This document shows, in pieces, positions 48,034-58,380 of a stretch of DNA of 64,000 nt (position 1 is the stretch's first letter; each line of letters starts with the position of its first letter). A model generated the notes under the pieces. That model did not search any database and was not told the DNA's origin. It was given only the letters and a program-made list of their open reading frames with translations. Made by a program: the position numbers and the translations under genes. The stretch is from the NCBI GenBank assembly GCA_038728965.1, contig JAVYSX010000004.1, forward strand, positions 1,309 through 65,308, written 5' to 3'. Source of the DNA: Thermoplasmatales archaeon (GTDB taxonomy: Archaea; Thermoplasmatota; Thermoplasmata; Thermoplasmatales; GCA-001856825).

Positions 48034-49995
48034 TTATTTCACACCGCCGTCTATGGGTATCATTGTGCCAGTCGTCGCGCCAAAAACAGCATCTTTAATA
48101 AGCTCTAGCGCAACATTTGCAACGTGCTCTGGCAACACCTCTACATGGAGGAGATTCGCTTTTTTGTATTCATCCACGCTGATCCCCTTGGCCTTAGCTC
48201 TGTTTTCCAAAACACCGCCTTCCCATATTCTCGATTCCCTAAATACTTTGTCGGGGTTCAAGACATTGCTTCTTATCCCGTATTTCCCCCCTTCAATTGC
48301 AACGTATCTGGCCAGCTGTGCGGCAAAAGCCTTCGATGAACCATAAGCTACCATCCCCTCCCCCGGATGCGTCACATTTTTTGTAGCATTAAATATGAAA
48401 ATTCCGCCGGAACCTTGGGCTTTCATAATCCTGAACGCCTCCCTTGTCACCAAGAACGTTCCGATGGAATTAACATCTAAGTGTTTCCTCATATCTTCGA
48501 GAGAAGTTTCCTCCAGGAGAGAAGGTTTGAGGTAGCCGGCATTGTTGAATACGACATCGATGCCTCCGTACATTTTCACAATCTCCCTAAAGGCCTTCTT
48601 CACTTCTCCTTCATTTGAAATGTCGAAGATCAGGCCAGTTTCATTAACATCGTTCGATACTTCCCTTATTTTGCTGTCGATATCACATCCTACAGCTGCA
48701 ATTCCCTCCTCAGAAAACCTCTGCAATGTCACTTTTCCTATTCCACTTGCCGCCCCGGTTACTACCGCAATATACCCTTCCAATGCCCTCCTTTTCTGTT
48801 TCCTGAGCTTTGCCTCCTGGGGTGGCCAGTACTCCATCTCAAACGATTCCTTTTCTGTTATGAACCTATTCCTTCCGATCGAGGAGCTGGCTGAAGCAAC
48901 CCTTAAGGAGTGAACTGCAAAGTCCATCGCAATTCTTGATTCCGCGACAGTATCGGAAGCGGTTATGACACCGTAACCTTTGATGACTATCACGTTTGGG
49001 TTGGGATCGTGCATCTCATATTTCCCCCCTATATACCGCTCGTAATTTTTCTCATATCTCGCTACGTACTCGCTTATCCGTTCTTCGGCCTCATCGATTG
49101 AATTCAGAAACAGGTAATCCTTTTTGGTCCTCACAAGCATATCTGGCGTCGCGGGGCCGAGTGTCTGAAGATTTTCCGCAAGATCCGTGAGTGAATAACC
49201 CACTGCCTCAGGCTCGTGATTCCAGGTAATAATTTTTTTCCTCCGCCTCGACAGAATACCTCTAATCTGTGGAAGGAATTCAACGAACTTCATAACATCC
49301 ACATCGTCAATTGCCTTAGGGCCTATGCCTTTCCAGGTAGACTTTATAAACGATTCTGCCTTATTAACGAGGGCCAAGTGTTTGCTGTAGCTCTCTTCTG
49401 CGGTGTGACCCCAAGTCAGCAGGCCATGATTCCTTAGGATGGCACCATCGTAGTTTTCAAAATTACGGTCCCGAAGAATGTTTATGAACTTTTTTGCAAG
49501 CTTAAATCCTGGATGAACGTACGGTAAAACTACGACCCCGCCTCCGAAAATGCTCTTGATTTGATTGTCAGAGAAATCAGTGTTAGTAATTGCAACAACG
49601 TAATCAGCATGTGAATGATCCACGTATTCGAATGGAATAAAAGCGTGAAGAAATGTTTCGACAGAAGGGGCAGACTGACTTGGATCGAGCATTTGTGCTC
49701 TGAAAAAAGATATCATATCCTCATCATTCATTTCATCAAGCCCCTTTGCTTCAAGAAGCCCTTCCAGGTCAAGGGTCGTAAAACCATCTGTATCTATTCT
49801 GGAAAGATCTGAGCCGGACCCCTTCACAAAAAGCGCCTCGATCTTCTTTCCCGTTATGGAAACGATGTTTGACTTTACACTCGTATTGCCCCCTCCGTGA
49901 AGTACAAGATCCGGATTACCGCCTAGAAGACGCGATGTTCTTATCCTATCCTCCAGTCGGGACTTTGTTTCGTGTGGAAGTGTGTACAACATCAC
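48034..49995 (-). CDS. Bifunctional class II aldolase / short-chain dehydrogenase (RhaD-YuxG-like)
   Basis: HGGGNTSVK, PSVET.LH, VDHSH and NHGL motifs; C-terminal TGAASGIG, NNAG and YGSSK. Confidence 0.9.
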   Translation of the reverse strand: MMLYTLPHETKSRLEDRIRTSRLLGGNPDLVLHGGGNTSVKSNIVSITGKKIEALFVKGSGSDLSRIDTDGFTTLDLEGLLEAKGLDEMNDEDMISFFRAQMLDPSQSAPSVETFLHAFIPFEYVDHSHADYVVAITNTDFSDNQIKSIFGGGVVVLPYVHPGFKLAKKFINILRDRNFENYDGAILRNHGLLTWGHTAEESYSKHLALVNKAESFIKSTWKGIGPKAIDDVDVMKFVEFLPQIRGILSRRRKKIITWNHEPEAVGYSLTDLAENLQTLGPATPDMLVRTKKDYLFLNSIDEAEERISEYVARYEKNYERYIGGKYEMHDPNPNVIVIKGYGVITASDTVAESRIAMDFAVHSLRVASASSSIGRNRFITEKESFEMEYWPPQEAKLRKQKRRALEGYIAVVTGAASGIGKVTLQRFSEEGIAAVGCDIDSKIREVSNDVNETGLIFDISNEGEVKKAFREIVKMYGGIDVVFNNAGYLKPSLLEETSLEDMRKHLDVNSIGTFLVTREAFRIMKAQGSGGIFIFNATKNVTHPGEGMVAYGSSKAFAAQLARYVAIEGGKYGIRSNVLNPDKVFRESRIWEGGVLENRAKAKGISVDEYKKANLLHVEVLPEHVANVALELIKDAVFGATTGTMIPIDGGVK

Positions 49996-50027
49996 ACGTT
50001 AATGCGTAGTGATAGAAGAGATTTATC

Positions 50028-51641
50028 TTGAGGGGAACAAAAGGATTTATTGCGGTCGAGGATATTCAGGCGATGGATGAATTTTCCAACAGAGACAAAG
50101 ACGTTTTCTTGATAAATTGTGAAAAGATGGTGGACAGGGGAGCCCTTATGTCTCGATATAGCAGGACTCGGGAACTGGATATCAGGAACCTTTGGGATAA
50201 AGAGTTCAAGAACGATGCGATGCGGGGTGAAAGCTTTTATGAGCGCGTGTTCGTTGAATACGGAGATGAATCTGTCGCTGAACTTGTGACAGCCCAGATG
50301 GGCATACAGAACGTTAGCAATGTGCTCTCGAAGGTAATAGAAGATGGCAGGATAGGGCTTTCCTATCTGGAAAAGAGTTCGCGCTATGTCTCGTACAGAG
50401 AAAAGAGAAACGGAAAATATCTATATTTGGATGCTGAGTTTACTGGTATACCAAAGCAGTATTATTCCCCGTATCAACAGCTTTCGGATACGCTCTTTGA
50501 CCTATATGTTGAAACCATCGATCGTGTAATGGATTACATTAAAGAAGAGATCCCAATTGAAAAAACTGTGTTCCAGCTGTCAGATGGTTCTGAGGTTTCA
50601 TACCCTTCAGGTAATGTATCGGATTCAGCCATGAGGAAGGCCTACGAATCATCCGTGAGGAGCAGGGGCTTGGATGAGGCTAGATTCATACTTCCCTCTT
50701 CAACCCTCACCAATCTTGGGATCAGTGGAAATGCGAGGGGCTTCAGTCGGCTGCTTGAAAGGCTCAAGGTAAGCGGGTTGAAAGAGGCTGAGAAGATATA
50801 CTATAATGTTATGAGCGAGCTGAAATCTGTTTTCCCGAAGCTCGTTGACAATGTGGAATCGCCGCACGGGAAGGAGAATATAAAATACCAGATTGAGATG
50901 AAAGAGCTCACTCCCTTGGATTTAAATGTGGATAAACACTCTGACGCAGGGCTGAAACTCATCTCCTACGAAGACGAGGCAACAGCCATCAGCAAGATTC
51001 TGACAGCCTTCACATTCGAAAGGGGAGAGAACACAGTTCTCGATACGATGGAGAGCATCTCAAAAATATCGGCTGAGGATAAGGCTAATGCGATTAGAAG
51101 GATAATATCTTTGAGGAGGAATAGAAGACAAAAACTCGACAGAAGCTTCGAGCATACAGCTTACACGTTTCAAATAGTCATAAATTTTGGCGCATTTCGT
51201 GACCTCCAGAGGCATAGAATTGTGACGCTTCAGAGGCCGAGAATCTCAACTGAATACGGATACGATATACCCCCCATAATTGCCAGGATTGACGATCTTA
51301 GAGAAAAATACATGACTGTTATGAATCGGGCAAGTGAACTCTACAGGCAGATAAGGAAGGAGGATAAAACAGGTGCCCAGTACGTTGTTCCGTTCGCGTA
51401 TAGGTACCCAGTGTTACTGACTGCAAACTTGAGGGAACTTGTCTATCTGACTGAGCTCCGGTCAACACCCCAGGCACATTTTGACCTGAGGAACCTTTCA
51501 AAGGAGATTGTTAACCAAATAAGGAATGCACACCCAACACTCTCATATGCGTTCAAATTCGTAAATACGAAAGAAGAGGAGCTCGGCAGACTTTCCGCGG
51601 AGCTCAGGAAAGAGATGAAGAAGGAGTCATTAAATTTATAA
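50028..51641 (+). CDS. thyX: FAD-dependent thymidylate synthase, tandem double-domain type (start probably 50073)
   Basis: SRYSR, YGDESVAEL, EKSSRY, FRDLQRHR and ELRSTPQAH motifs. Confidence 0.88.
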   Translation: MRGTKGFIAVEDIQAMDEFSNRDKDVFLINCEKMVDRGALMSRYSRTRELDIRNLWDKEFKNDAMRGESFYERVFVEYGDESVAELVTAQMGIQNVSNVLSKVIEDGRIGLSYLEKSSRYVSYREKRNGKYLYLDAEFTGIPKQYYSPYQQLSDTLFDLYVETIDRVMDYIKEEIPIEKTVFQLSDGSEVSYPSGNVSDSAMRKAYESSVRSRGLDEARFILPSSTLTNLGISGNARGFSRLLERLKVSGLKEAEKIYYNVMSELKSVFPKLVDNVESPHGKENIKYQIEMKELTPLDLNVDKHSDAGLKLISYEDEATAISKILTAFTFERGENTVLDTMESISKISAEDKANAIRRIISLRRNRRQKLDRSFEHTAYTFQIVINFGAFRDLQRHRIVTLQRPRISTEYGYDIPPIIARIDDLREKYMTVMNRASELYRQIRKEDKTGAQYVVPFAYRYPVLLTANLRELVYLTELRSTPQAHFDLRNLSKEIVNQIRNAHPTLSYAFKFVNTKEEELGRLSAELRKEMKKESLNL

Positions 51642-51643
51642 AA

Positions 51644-52459
51644 TCAGTGGGCTTCGGCCCTCACCTTAGCGCTACCCTTATTTTCAGACAGGACATCCAT
51701 TGCTTCCTTAACCGTTGCGTTCTCGTGTACTATGGCCCTAATTGCTTTTATCATCGCAACTGGGTAGTCGCTTTGCCATATGTTTCTTCCCATATCGACG
51801 CCAACTGCACCCTCCTGTATCGCATTGTACACAAGGTTCAGGACATCCTCATCTGAGTTTAGTTTTGGACCCCCTGCAACAACAACCGGTACCGGAGTTC
51901 CCTCCGCAACCTTGTGGAAATTTTCGCAGTAATAGGTCTTGACGATGTGCGCACCAATTTCCGCTGAGATCCTTGAGGCGAGTGACAGGTATCTCGCATC
52001 CCTCTTCTCAAGCTCTTTCCCAACTGCAGTAATAGCCATGACGGGCATCCCGTACTCCTCCCCCTCATCAACTAACCTTGAAAGGTTTACCAGTGATTGC
52101 TTCTCGTGATTTGTTCCCACAAACACTGAGAGGGCGACGGCTGATACATTGAGCCTCACGGCGTCCTTAATCGAAGTGGTAATTTCCTCATCACTAAGGT
52201 CGTCCTTCAGTATGCTTGCCCCACCAGAGACCCTCAAAAGTATAGGGATGTCCCACTTTGGATCAATTGATGTCCTGAGCACGCCGCGGGTTACGGCAAT
52301 CGTATCTGCGTACGGCAAGAGAGGCTCAATTGTCTTCCTTGGAACCTCTAATCTTCTGGTTGGGCCCATAAAGTAGCCATGATCACAAGCCAGCATTACG
52401 GTCCTTCCTGTTGAAGGGTCAATCATTCTTGATAGCCTGTTACTCAATCCCCAATCCAT
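51644..52459 (-). CDS. lsrF: LsrF family thiolase / class I aldolase
   Basis: MDWGLSNRL, MLACDHGYFMGPT, VKTYYC, AGGPK and GVDMGRNIWQS motifs. Confidence 0.88.
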   Translation of the reverse strand: MDWGLSNRLSRMIDPSTGRTVMLACDHGYFMGPTRRLEVPRKTIEPLLPYADTIAVTRGVLRTSIDPKWDIPILLRVSGGASILKDDLSDEEITTSIKDAVRLNVSAVALSVFVGTNHEKQSLVNLSRLVDEGEEYGMPVMAITAVGKELEKRDARYLSLASRISAEIGAHIVKTYYCENFHKVAEGTPVPVVVAGGPKLNSDEDVLNLVYNAIQEGAVGVDMGRNIWQSDYPVAMIKAIRAIVHENATVKEAMDVLSENKGSAKVRAEAH

Positions 52460-52643
52460 TTTTCCCCATCCTTAGTAGTGGTTGATTCAATTCTGCTCTA
52501 ATAATTTTTTGCCGGCACAGCTTCACTGATTGGACAAGTGACGAAATTCAGTGATCACCAGTTCAGGAGACACTATTTTCTGGGTTTACGAAATAAACGA
52601 AACCTTAAGGAAGCACTCAGGAGGGGCTTTGGGACATAAGTGA

Positions 52644-52808
52644 CTAGTCTTCTTCTTTCTTTATGATCAGGAGGGCCCTTTTTCCCAGGAACTCCTTTGG
52701 ACAGTCTACCTTGGCACCGGATCCAAATTTCGTGACTGTCCTCTCCATGTATGCCTGGATGTTCTTTACTGTGATGTGGTTGCCTTCCTTGATATGGACC
52801 TTACGCAC
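52644..52808 (-). CDS. DUF2080 transposase-associated protein
   Basis: ERTVTKFGSGAKVDCPKEFLGKRALLII; probable GTG start at 52808; lies inside the IS. Confidence 0.8.
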   Translation of the reverse strand: MRKVHIKEGNHITVKNIQAYMERTVTKFGSGAKVDCPKEFLGKRALLIIKKEED

Positions 52809-52836
52809 AAATGTATATTCGCACAGCACTCTCGTA

Positions 52837-53776
52837 ATGAGGATCACCCAGCGGGACTATGAGTATTTCCGTGACTCCATCGATTATATGGCAAGCTACA
52901 GGGGGGAATTCTCTTTACCAGTTACCACTGACTGGAAGGAATATGAGTTCCTCTATAAGAGGATGAAGAACATGGCACTGGAGCTGAGATCCATGGTAAA
53001 TGATGCATGAATTTTTGTTGATGAATTTGGCAGGCATCCACTTCTTGAAGCAAAAGAGAAGGTATTCATAATCCTGGTAAAGGAGATATTCCGTCTGAGC
53101 AACAGGAAGGCAGCATACCTTCTTCCACTCCTGGGAATAGAGAAGGATATAAGTTACAAAACTGTAGAGAGGCTGTATTCAGACCCTCTTTTAATATGCT
53201 CAACAACCTGTTCGTCACTTCCTAAAAAGAAGAATATCTTCCGTAGATGCATCCGGTGATGGAACAGGCTATTCCATCACTGTAACGAAGCACCACTATT
53301 CAATAAGAGGGACGGCGAATCATCGAAGGAAGGCAGGTTCGTCTATTCCTTCGCTTCATGGATATTAATACGAGGATGTATGTCTGTTATAAGTGACTAT
53401 AAGATCTGAGATGCGTATCACAAGGCTCTCGATATGATAGGTAGGATGCGTTTGGATCTCAAAAGCGTCAGACTGGACAAATACTACTCAGGACAGAGCA
53501 TTCTTAAATGTTTCAATGAGAACACGAGGATATTCATAATCCCTAAGAGCAACTCAAGGATAAGGGGAAAAAGGTGTGGAGGGATATCATAAGAAAGTTC
53601 ATCGATGACCCGATGAACTATCTGAGGGAATACTTCAAGAGGAATGCTTCTGAGTCAGGATTCTCATCCGATAAGAGAACAACTGGAGGTCTTATATATC
53701 AGAGAAGGAAAGACAGAAGAGAATCGTAAGGATTTTGCAAGGGACGCCTTCACAATCTTATGCTTTTACATGGCTA
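52837..53776 (+). pseudogene. Transposase pseudogene (in-frame stop plus several frameshifts)
   Basis: Fragments MRITQRDYE..., ISYKTVERLYSDP, DASGDGTGYS, VRLDKYYSGQS and YFKRNASESGFSSDKR across more than one frame; TGA at 53008. Confidence 0.88.
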
Positions 53777-53834
53777 GAGGGACTTTTGTCCCAATGCCAC
53801 TCAGGAGGCAAATCTATTTATCGACAACTAGGTT

Positions 53835-55691
53835 TTGAAGATCATGAGCAGATTGACCGTTAATGATTTTTATAGAATTCATTTCCTAGGAAATATTAAT
53901 GCCGTGGGAGATCGAATTTTCTTTGAAATTTTCAGACCGTCAAAAGAAAAAAATGATTATGATTCTCAGATAGCTGAACTGAAAGGAAATGATGTAGTTC
54001 CATTCACCAGGGGAAATGGGGACAGGAATTCAACCTTTGATTCTAAAGGCAACCTGATGGCCTACGTGGCTAAGAACGGAGACAAGAACGTAGTTTACTT
54101 CAGAAACTTAAAGACAAGTGAGGAGAGAAAACTTTGGGAAACTGACATGAAAATCAAGGAAATGTCCTGGGATAGGTTGTCGAAGGGGCTATTCATTGTT
54201 GCCAAGGAAAACATAAAAGAAGAAGATTTCAGGATAATAGAAAAATACCCAATTTATTTCAACGGCCAGGGATTTTATCCGTCCGTAGGCTACAACTTAA
54301 TCCATCTAAACCTTTCCGGTAGAATAAGGAAATTGTTGAAGGGAGATGATGAGATCAGGTATATTGCCGTCAATCCCCAATTGGATCAGCTAGCAATGGT
54401 CATCAGACCTGACGGGTGGGACATTTATGATTCGAAACTGTCCCTTATTAATACCGCTACATCAGAGTTGAGCGACGTAGAAGGTGTGGTAGGTGGAATA
54501 GAAAACATCACTTATGACAGCGACGGGAGCCTTTACTTCCTGTTCTCCAAACACGAGAGGAGCGTATTTGAGAGTTTAAAACTCTTCTCATACAGAAGGT
54601 CAGAGACTGTCAACCTCTCACAGAATTTTGACATATCTCTTGAGAATTCGGTTAACTCGGATTCCAGGATGGGTAAACTCCGTTCTATGAAGGCTATTGA
54701 CGGTGAGGTATTCGTCATTGCTACTGTCTCGGGGAGGGCAGGAATTTATAAAATAAGGGAGGGAGAGCTCAAAGACGTTGTGAAGGGCAACTTTTCTGTT
54801 GACTCGTTTGACATATCCGGTGGTAACGTATACTTCATAGCTCAATCTTTAACTAACCCCCAGGAGATATACGCTTATGATGGCAAGGTCAGAAGGCTAA
54901 CGAATATCAATTACGGCATAACTAAGAAGATTGCAACTAAACCCATCAATTTTAAGATGAGGGCAAGCGATGGAGTGGTTATAGAGGGGTGGTTCCTCAA
55001 GGGGAAAGGGAAGGGAACAATAATGGAGATCCACGGAGGACCGAGAACATCCTACGGGGAGGCCTTCATGTTTGAGTTCCACCTGCTGAATTCAAGCGGT
55101 TTCAGCGTTATATTCTCTAACCCAAGGGGGAGTGACAGCTACGGTGATGATTTCGCTCTGGAAATAAAGGGGAAGTATGGTGAGAGGGATTTCAGGGACA
55201 TAATGGAGGTGGCGGACTATTCCATCAAGGAACTTGGGGTAAGGGGTAGCATGGGAGTCATAGGCGGTTCTTACGGCGGATTTATGGTAAACTGGATAAT
55301 AGGACACACAGACAGATTCAAGGCAGCTGTTACCGACAGATCAATAAGCGATCAGATATCCTTCTATTTCTCTAGCGACATTGGGCCCAGATTCAACTAT
55401 GATCAGATAGGTGGAAACCCGCTCACTAACCTTGAGCACTACTGGAACAAATCTCCAATAAAGTACCTTGGAGACGCGAAAACACCTCTCCTCATCGTTC
55501 ATTCTAATGAGGATTTCAGGTGCCCTGTGTGGCAGGCATATGAAATGTTCACTCAGCTCAAAAGGCAGGGTGCCAGGGTCAGAATGATAGAGTTCAAGGG
55601 AGAAAATCACGATCTTTCGAGGGAAGGAAAGCCTAGGAATAGGGTGAAGCGCCTGGAGGAAGTAGTCGGCTGGTTTTCAGAGAATCTCTGA
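53835..55691 (+). CDS. S9 family peptidase (acylaminoacyl peptidase-like)
   Basis: IHGGP, NPRGS, GGSYGG, D.RCP and ENH motifs; beta-propeller N-terminus. Confidence 0.93.
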   Translation: MKIMSRLTVNDFYRIHFLGNINAVGDRIFFEIFRPSKEKNDYDSQIAELKGNDVVPFTRGNGDRNSTFDSKGNLMAYVAKNGDKNVVYFRNLKTSEERKLWETDMKIKEMSWDRLSKGLFIVAKENIKEEDFRIIEKYPIYFNGQGFYPSVGYNLIHLNLSGRIRKLLKGDDEIRYIAVNPQLDQLAMVIRPDGWDIYDSKLSLINTATSELSDVEGVVGGIENITYDSDGSLYFLFSKHERSVFESLKLFSYRRSETVNLSQNFDISLENSVNSDSRMGKLRSMKAIDGEVFVIATVSGRAGIYKIREGELKDVVKGNFSVDSFDISGGNVYFIAQSLTNPQEIYAYDGKVRRLTNINYGITKKIATKPINFKMRASDGVVIEGWFLKGKGKGTIMEIHGGPRTSYGEAFMFEFHLLNSSGFSVIFSNPRGSDSYGDDFALEIKGKYGERDFRDIMEVADYSIKELGVRGSMGVIGGSYGGFMVNWIIGHTDRFKAAVTDRSISDQISFYFSSDIGPRFNYDQIGGNPLTNLEHYWNKSPIKYLGDAKTPLLIVHSNEDFRCPVWQAYEMFTQLKRQGARVRMIEFKGENHDLSREGKPRNRVKRLEEVVGWFSENL

Positions 55692-55693
55692 AT

Positions 55694-57148
55694 TCATTTA
55701 AACGGGGTACTGTATGGGCCATTTTCGAAATTGATCAGCCTAGCGGGTATTTTTTGAATTTTTCCAAGATCCTTGAGGTAAAACAGAATACCCATGCATG
55801 CTCTCTGAGCATCTGCAACCCCGCTTATTATATCCTTCCTTCTGTTCGTCACATCCCCGCCAGCGAATACGCCGGGGTACGATGTCATGTTATATTGATT
55901 GACTACAATGTCACCGGATGGGGAAATTTCTATCTTCTCCTTTAATTCTTCGGGGAAAAAACTTAGATCGCCCTTCTGCCCCGTAGCCTCAATAACTGTA
56001 TCCACGTTTATAATAAACTCAGCATCCTTTAACGGCTGAGGTTCCCTTCTGCCCTTCCCTGTATCGACCATCTTATTCCTCCAGTACTTTATGGCTTTGA
56101 CTTCGCCCCCCTCACCCACGAATTCGAATGGGGTAACCTCCCACATGAATTCAATCTTTTCCTCTTCGGCCTCTTCAAGTTCTTCTTCTGCATTGCTTGA
56201 GGGATAGCCAGGCCTATCAGTCGCTGAACGACGGTACATCACGACAACGCGCTTCGCTCCGAGCCTTAGAGACACCCTCGCCGCGTCAAATGCTGTGAAG
56301 CCACCCCCTATTATTGCAACATTCTCTCCAACGTCTATAGCTTCTCCCGCATTGATCCTTCCAAGAAAGTCTATAGCATGATAAACGCCTTTAAGATCCT
56401 CGCCCTTGGTTTTCGTCATCGATGGTTTCCAATTTCCAACTGCTATGTAAACGGCATCGTATTTTTTTAGTATTTCGTCGAAACTAACGTCCCGTCCTAC
56501 CTTGCAATTGTAAAATATTCTCGCTCCGTACGAGAGTACGTGTTCCGTTTCCTTCCTGACGACGTCCCTCGACAACCTGAAACTGGGGATCCCGTGAACC
56601 ATCATTCCACCCGGCTTGCCGGTTGCCTCATATATGTCCACCCTTATGCCATTTATAGAGAGGTAGAAGGCTGCAGTGAGGCCAGATGGGCCCCCTCCGA
56701 TTATCGCGACGCTTGGGTGACCCCCAAGGTCATTCTGCACAATCCCAAGTTTTGAGTAATCACCAGAGTTCTCCGAGACAAATCTCTTTATATGTCTGGT
56801 TGCGACAGGAGCTTTGTTATCGTCCAGAACGCAATGATCTTCACAGGGGTGAGGGCAAACATTTCCACATACGCCCACGAAAGGCAGCTTCTCTAAGTTT
56901 ATCTTCAGCGCCTCCATTAGGTCACCGTTCGCGACGGCTATCTGATATCCCGGGATATCTATTCTTGCAGGGCATCCTTCCACGCACAGACCACATCCTA
57001 TACACCTGGAGGCCTCAGCAATCACTTCCTCTAAAGTATAGGGTACCAGTGTCTGCTCATCGAGACTCCTCACCCTTTCGTTTGGGTCCTTATGTTTGAC
57101 GGGAACCCTCTCGTAATTCAAATAGTTCAAATAGGTCCACCGATCCAT
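55694..57148 (-). CDS. GltD/SudA-like Fe-S flavoprotein oxidoreductase
   Basis: RCIGCG.CVEGCP, CGNVCPHPCE..C, GGGPSG, GGGFTAFD and FAGGD motifs. Confidence 0.9.
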   Translation of the reverse strand: MDRWTYLNYLNYERVPVKHKDPNERVRSLDEQTLVPYTLEEVIAEASRCIGCGLCVEGCPARIDIPGYQIAVANGDLMEALKINLEKLPFVGVCGNVCPHPCEDHCVLDDNKAPVATRHIKRFVSENSGDYSKLGIVQNDLGGHPSVAIIGGGPSGLTAAFYLSINGIRVDIYEATGKPGGMMVHGIPSFRLSRDVVRKETEHVLSYGARIFYNCKVGRDVSFDEILKKYDAVYIAVGNWKPSMTKTKGEDLKGVYHAIDFLGRINAGEAIDVGENVAIIGGGFTAFDAARVSLRLGAKRVVVMYRRSATDRPGYPSSNAEEELEEAEEEKIEFMWEVTPFEFVGEGGEVKAIKYWRNKMVDTGKGRREPQPLKDAEFIINVDTVIEATGQKGDLSFFPEELKEKIEISPSGDIVVNQYNMTSYPGVFAGGDVTNRRKDIISGVADAQRACMGILFYLKDLGKIQKIPARLINFENGPYSTPFK

Positions 57149-57185
57149 AATCTATCACGGAATAATAAGAATTTTCTATTTACCA

Positions 57186-57221
57186 CAGGGAATACGTGAA
57201 CCATAATTAACGTATTCCCTG
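57186..57221. repeat. Inverted repeat with dif-like 11-6-11 geometry
   Basis: CAGGGAATACGTGAA-CCATAA-TTAACGTATTCCCTG: 15-bp arms with 1 mismatch and a 6-bp spacer; intergenic. Confidence 0.6.
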
Positions 57222-57297
57222 CTACCCCCTTTCCTGAAATTTTGAATTTGTGCAATTGGTTTCCGTGTTATATTTTTATGAACTACGCAAATTCTAG

Positions 57298-58272
57298 CTA
57301 TCTCAGTCCTGCCCTTTGAGACATTAGGATAACGATGTCATTTAGTACGGCTGATGAGGATTCCAGCGGACCATCGTGTTCAGTGAAAATTGTTAAATTG
57401 TCGAAAGAATCCGTATTGAACCGTATTATCATAGACGGACCTGTTACGAGCGATAGGTACCCTTTCTCATCCGTTTTCCTCAAAGATACCGTAACTCCCT
57501 CTTCCGTGACTTCTGTAACCTGCCTTACCCCTGGTACCATTTCTTCCTCTTCAACATATATTTTGGCGTCACCTATCTTGAGCTTTGAACCGAATATAGT
57601 TCTATGCAGGATTAAGCCTTTTCTAGCTGAATCTATGCCCTTTAGGTCATCAGATGGATCGTGCTCTGCCAACCCAATTCGTACTGCTTCAGAAATGGCC
57701 GCGGACCTGTTTTTCCCCTTCTCCATCTCGGAAAGTACTAGACTCGAGGTGGCATTAAAAACGCCTTCTACAGACTTTACCCTAGCTACCTTTATTGAGT
57801 GATCCATAAGACTGAATACAGGTAGCCCCCCGCAGACAGTTGCCTCATACCTTATTTTAACACCATTACCGGCGGCTTTCTCATGAACATCCACGTCAGA
57901 AATCATTATGCTCTTATTTGCGGTTACAACATCTTTGCCGCGACTGAACGCCTGAAGCACATGATCCACTCCCGGCCTTCCATCCCTAGTACTCTGTGTT
58001 ACCTCGACGACGATGTCTGCATCTATTTGTGCTATTGATTCCAAAGAGTTAATTTTCTCAAATGTGGAAAAGTCCCTTAATCTCCCTTCTTCTTTAGCTC
58101 TGACGATCTGACCTAGTGGGATACCGCTTGATAACAATGTTCCTGTTGAATCGCTAACTGAGGCTACTTCCAATCTATCTCCGGTCAGTTTTTTAATCAG
58201 ATCCTGTTTTTCTTCTATTAACTTCAGAAGATTTCTTCCGATTGCACCGAGCCCTATAATCTGAATTCTCAT
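57298..58272 (-). CDS. hom: Homoserine dehydrogenase
   Basis: GLGAIG, VVTANK, YEATVCGGLP and AEHDPSDDLKGIDSARK motifs. Confidence 0.92.
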   Translation of the reverse strand: MRIQIIGLGAIGRNLLKLIEEKQDLIKKLTGDRLEVASVSDSTGTLLSSGIPLGQIVRAKEEGRLRDFSTFEKINSLESIAQIDADIVVEVTQSTRDGRPGVDHVLQAFSRGKDVVTANKSIMISDVDVHEKAAGNGVKIRYEATVCGGLPVFSLMDHSIKVARVKSVEGVFNATSSLVLSEMEKGKNRSAAISEAVRIGLAEHDPSDDLKGIDSARKGLILHRTIFGSKLKIGDAKIYVEEEEMVPGVRQVTEVTEEGVTVSLRKTDEKGYLSLVTGPSMIIRFNTDSFDNLTIFTEHDGPLESSSAVLNDIVILMSQRAGLR

Positions 58273-58380
58273 AGCCTGTTATGCGTCGCGATGTTAAACT
58301 TTTATCTTTCCTTTAAATTGAATTCATGTTTAAAGCACCTAGGAGGTAAGAAAGGTTAAATCTGCGAAAAAGAATATTAT

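Larger units (their letters stand above)
52625..53798. mobile_element. Degenerate IS, probably ISNCY/ISA1214-like, 1174 bp
   Basis: 17-bp TIRs GGCTTTGGGACATAAGT / ACTTTTGTCCCAATGCC (2 mismatches); 10-bp TSD ACTCAGGAGG at 52615-52624 and 53799-53808; DDE transposase remnant with a divergent small ORF. Confidence 0.9.

Noticed and set aside
53008-53010. In-frame TGA in the transposase as programmed readthrough
   Set aside because: Several further frameshifts follow, so pseudogenisation explains it.
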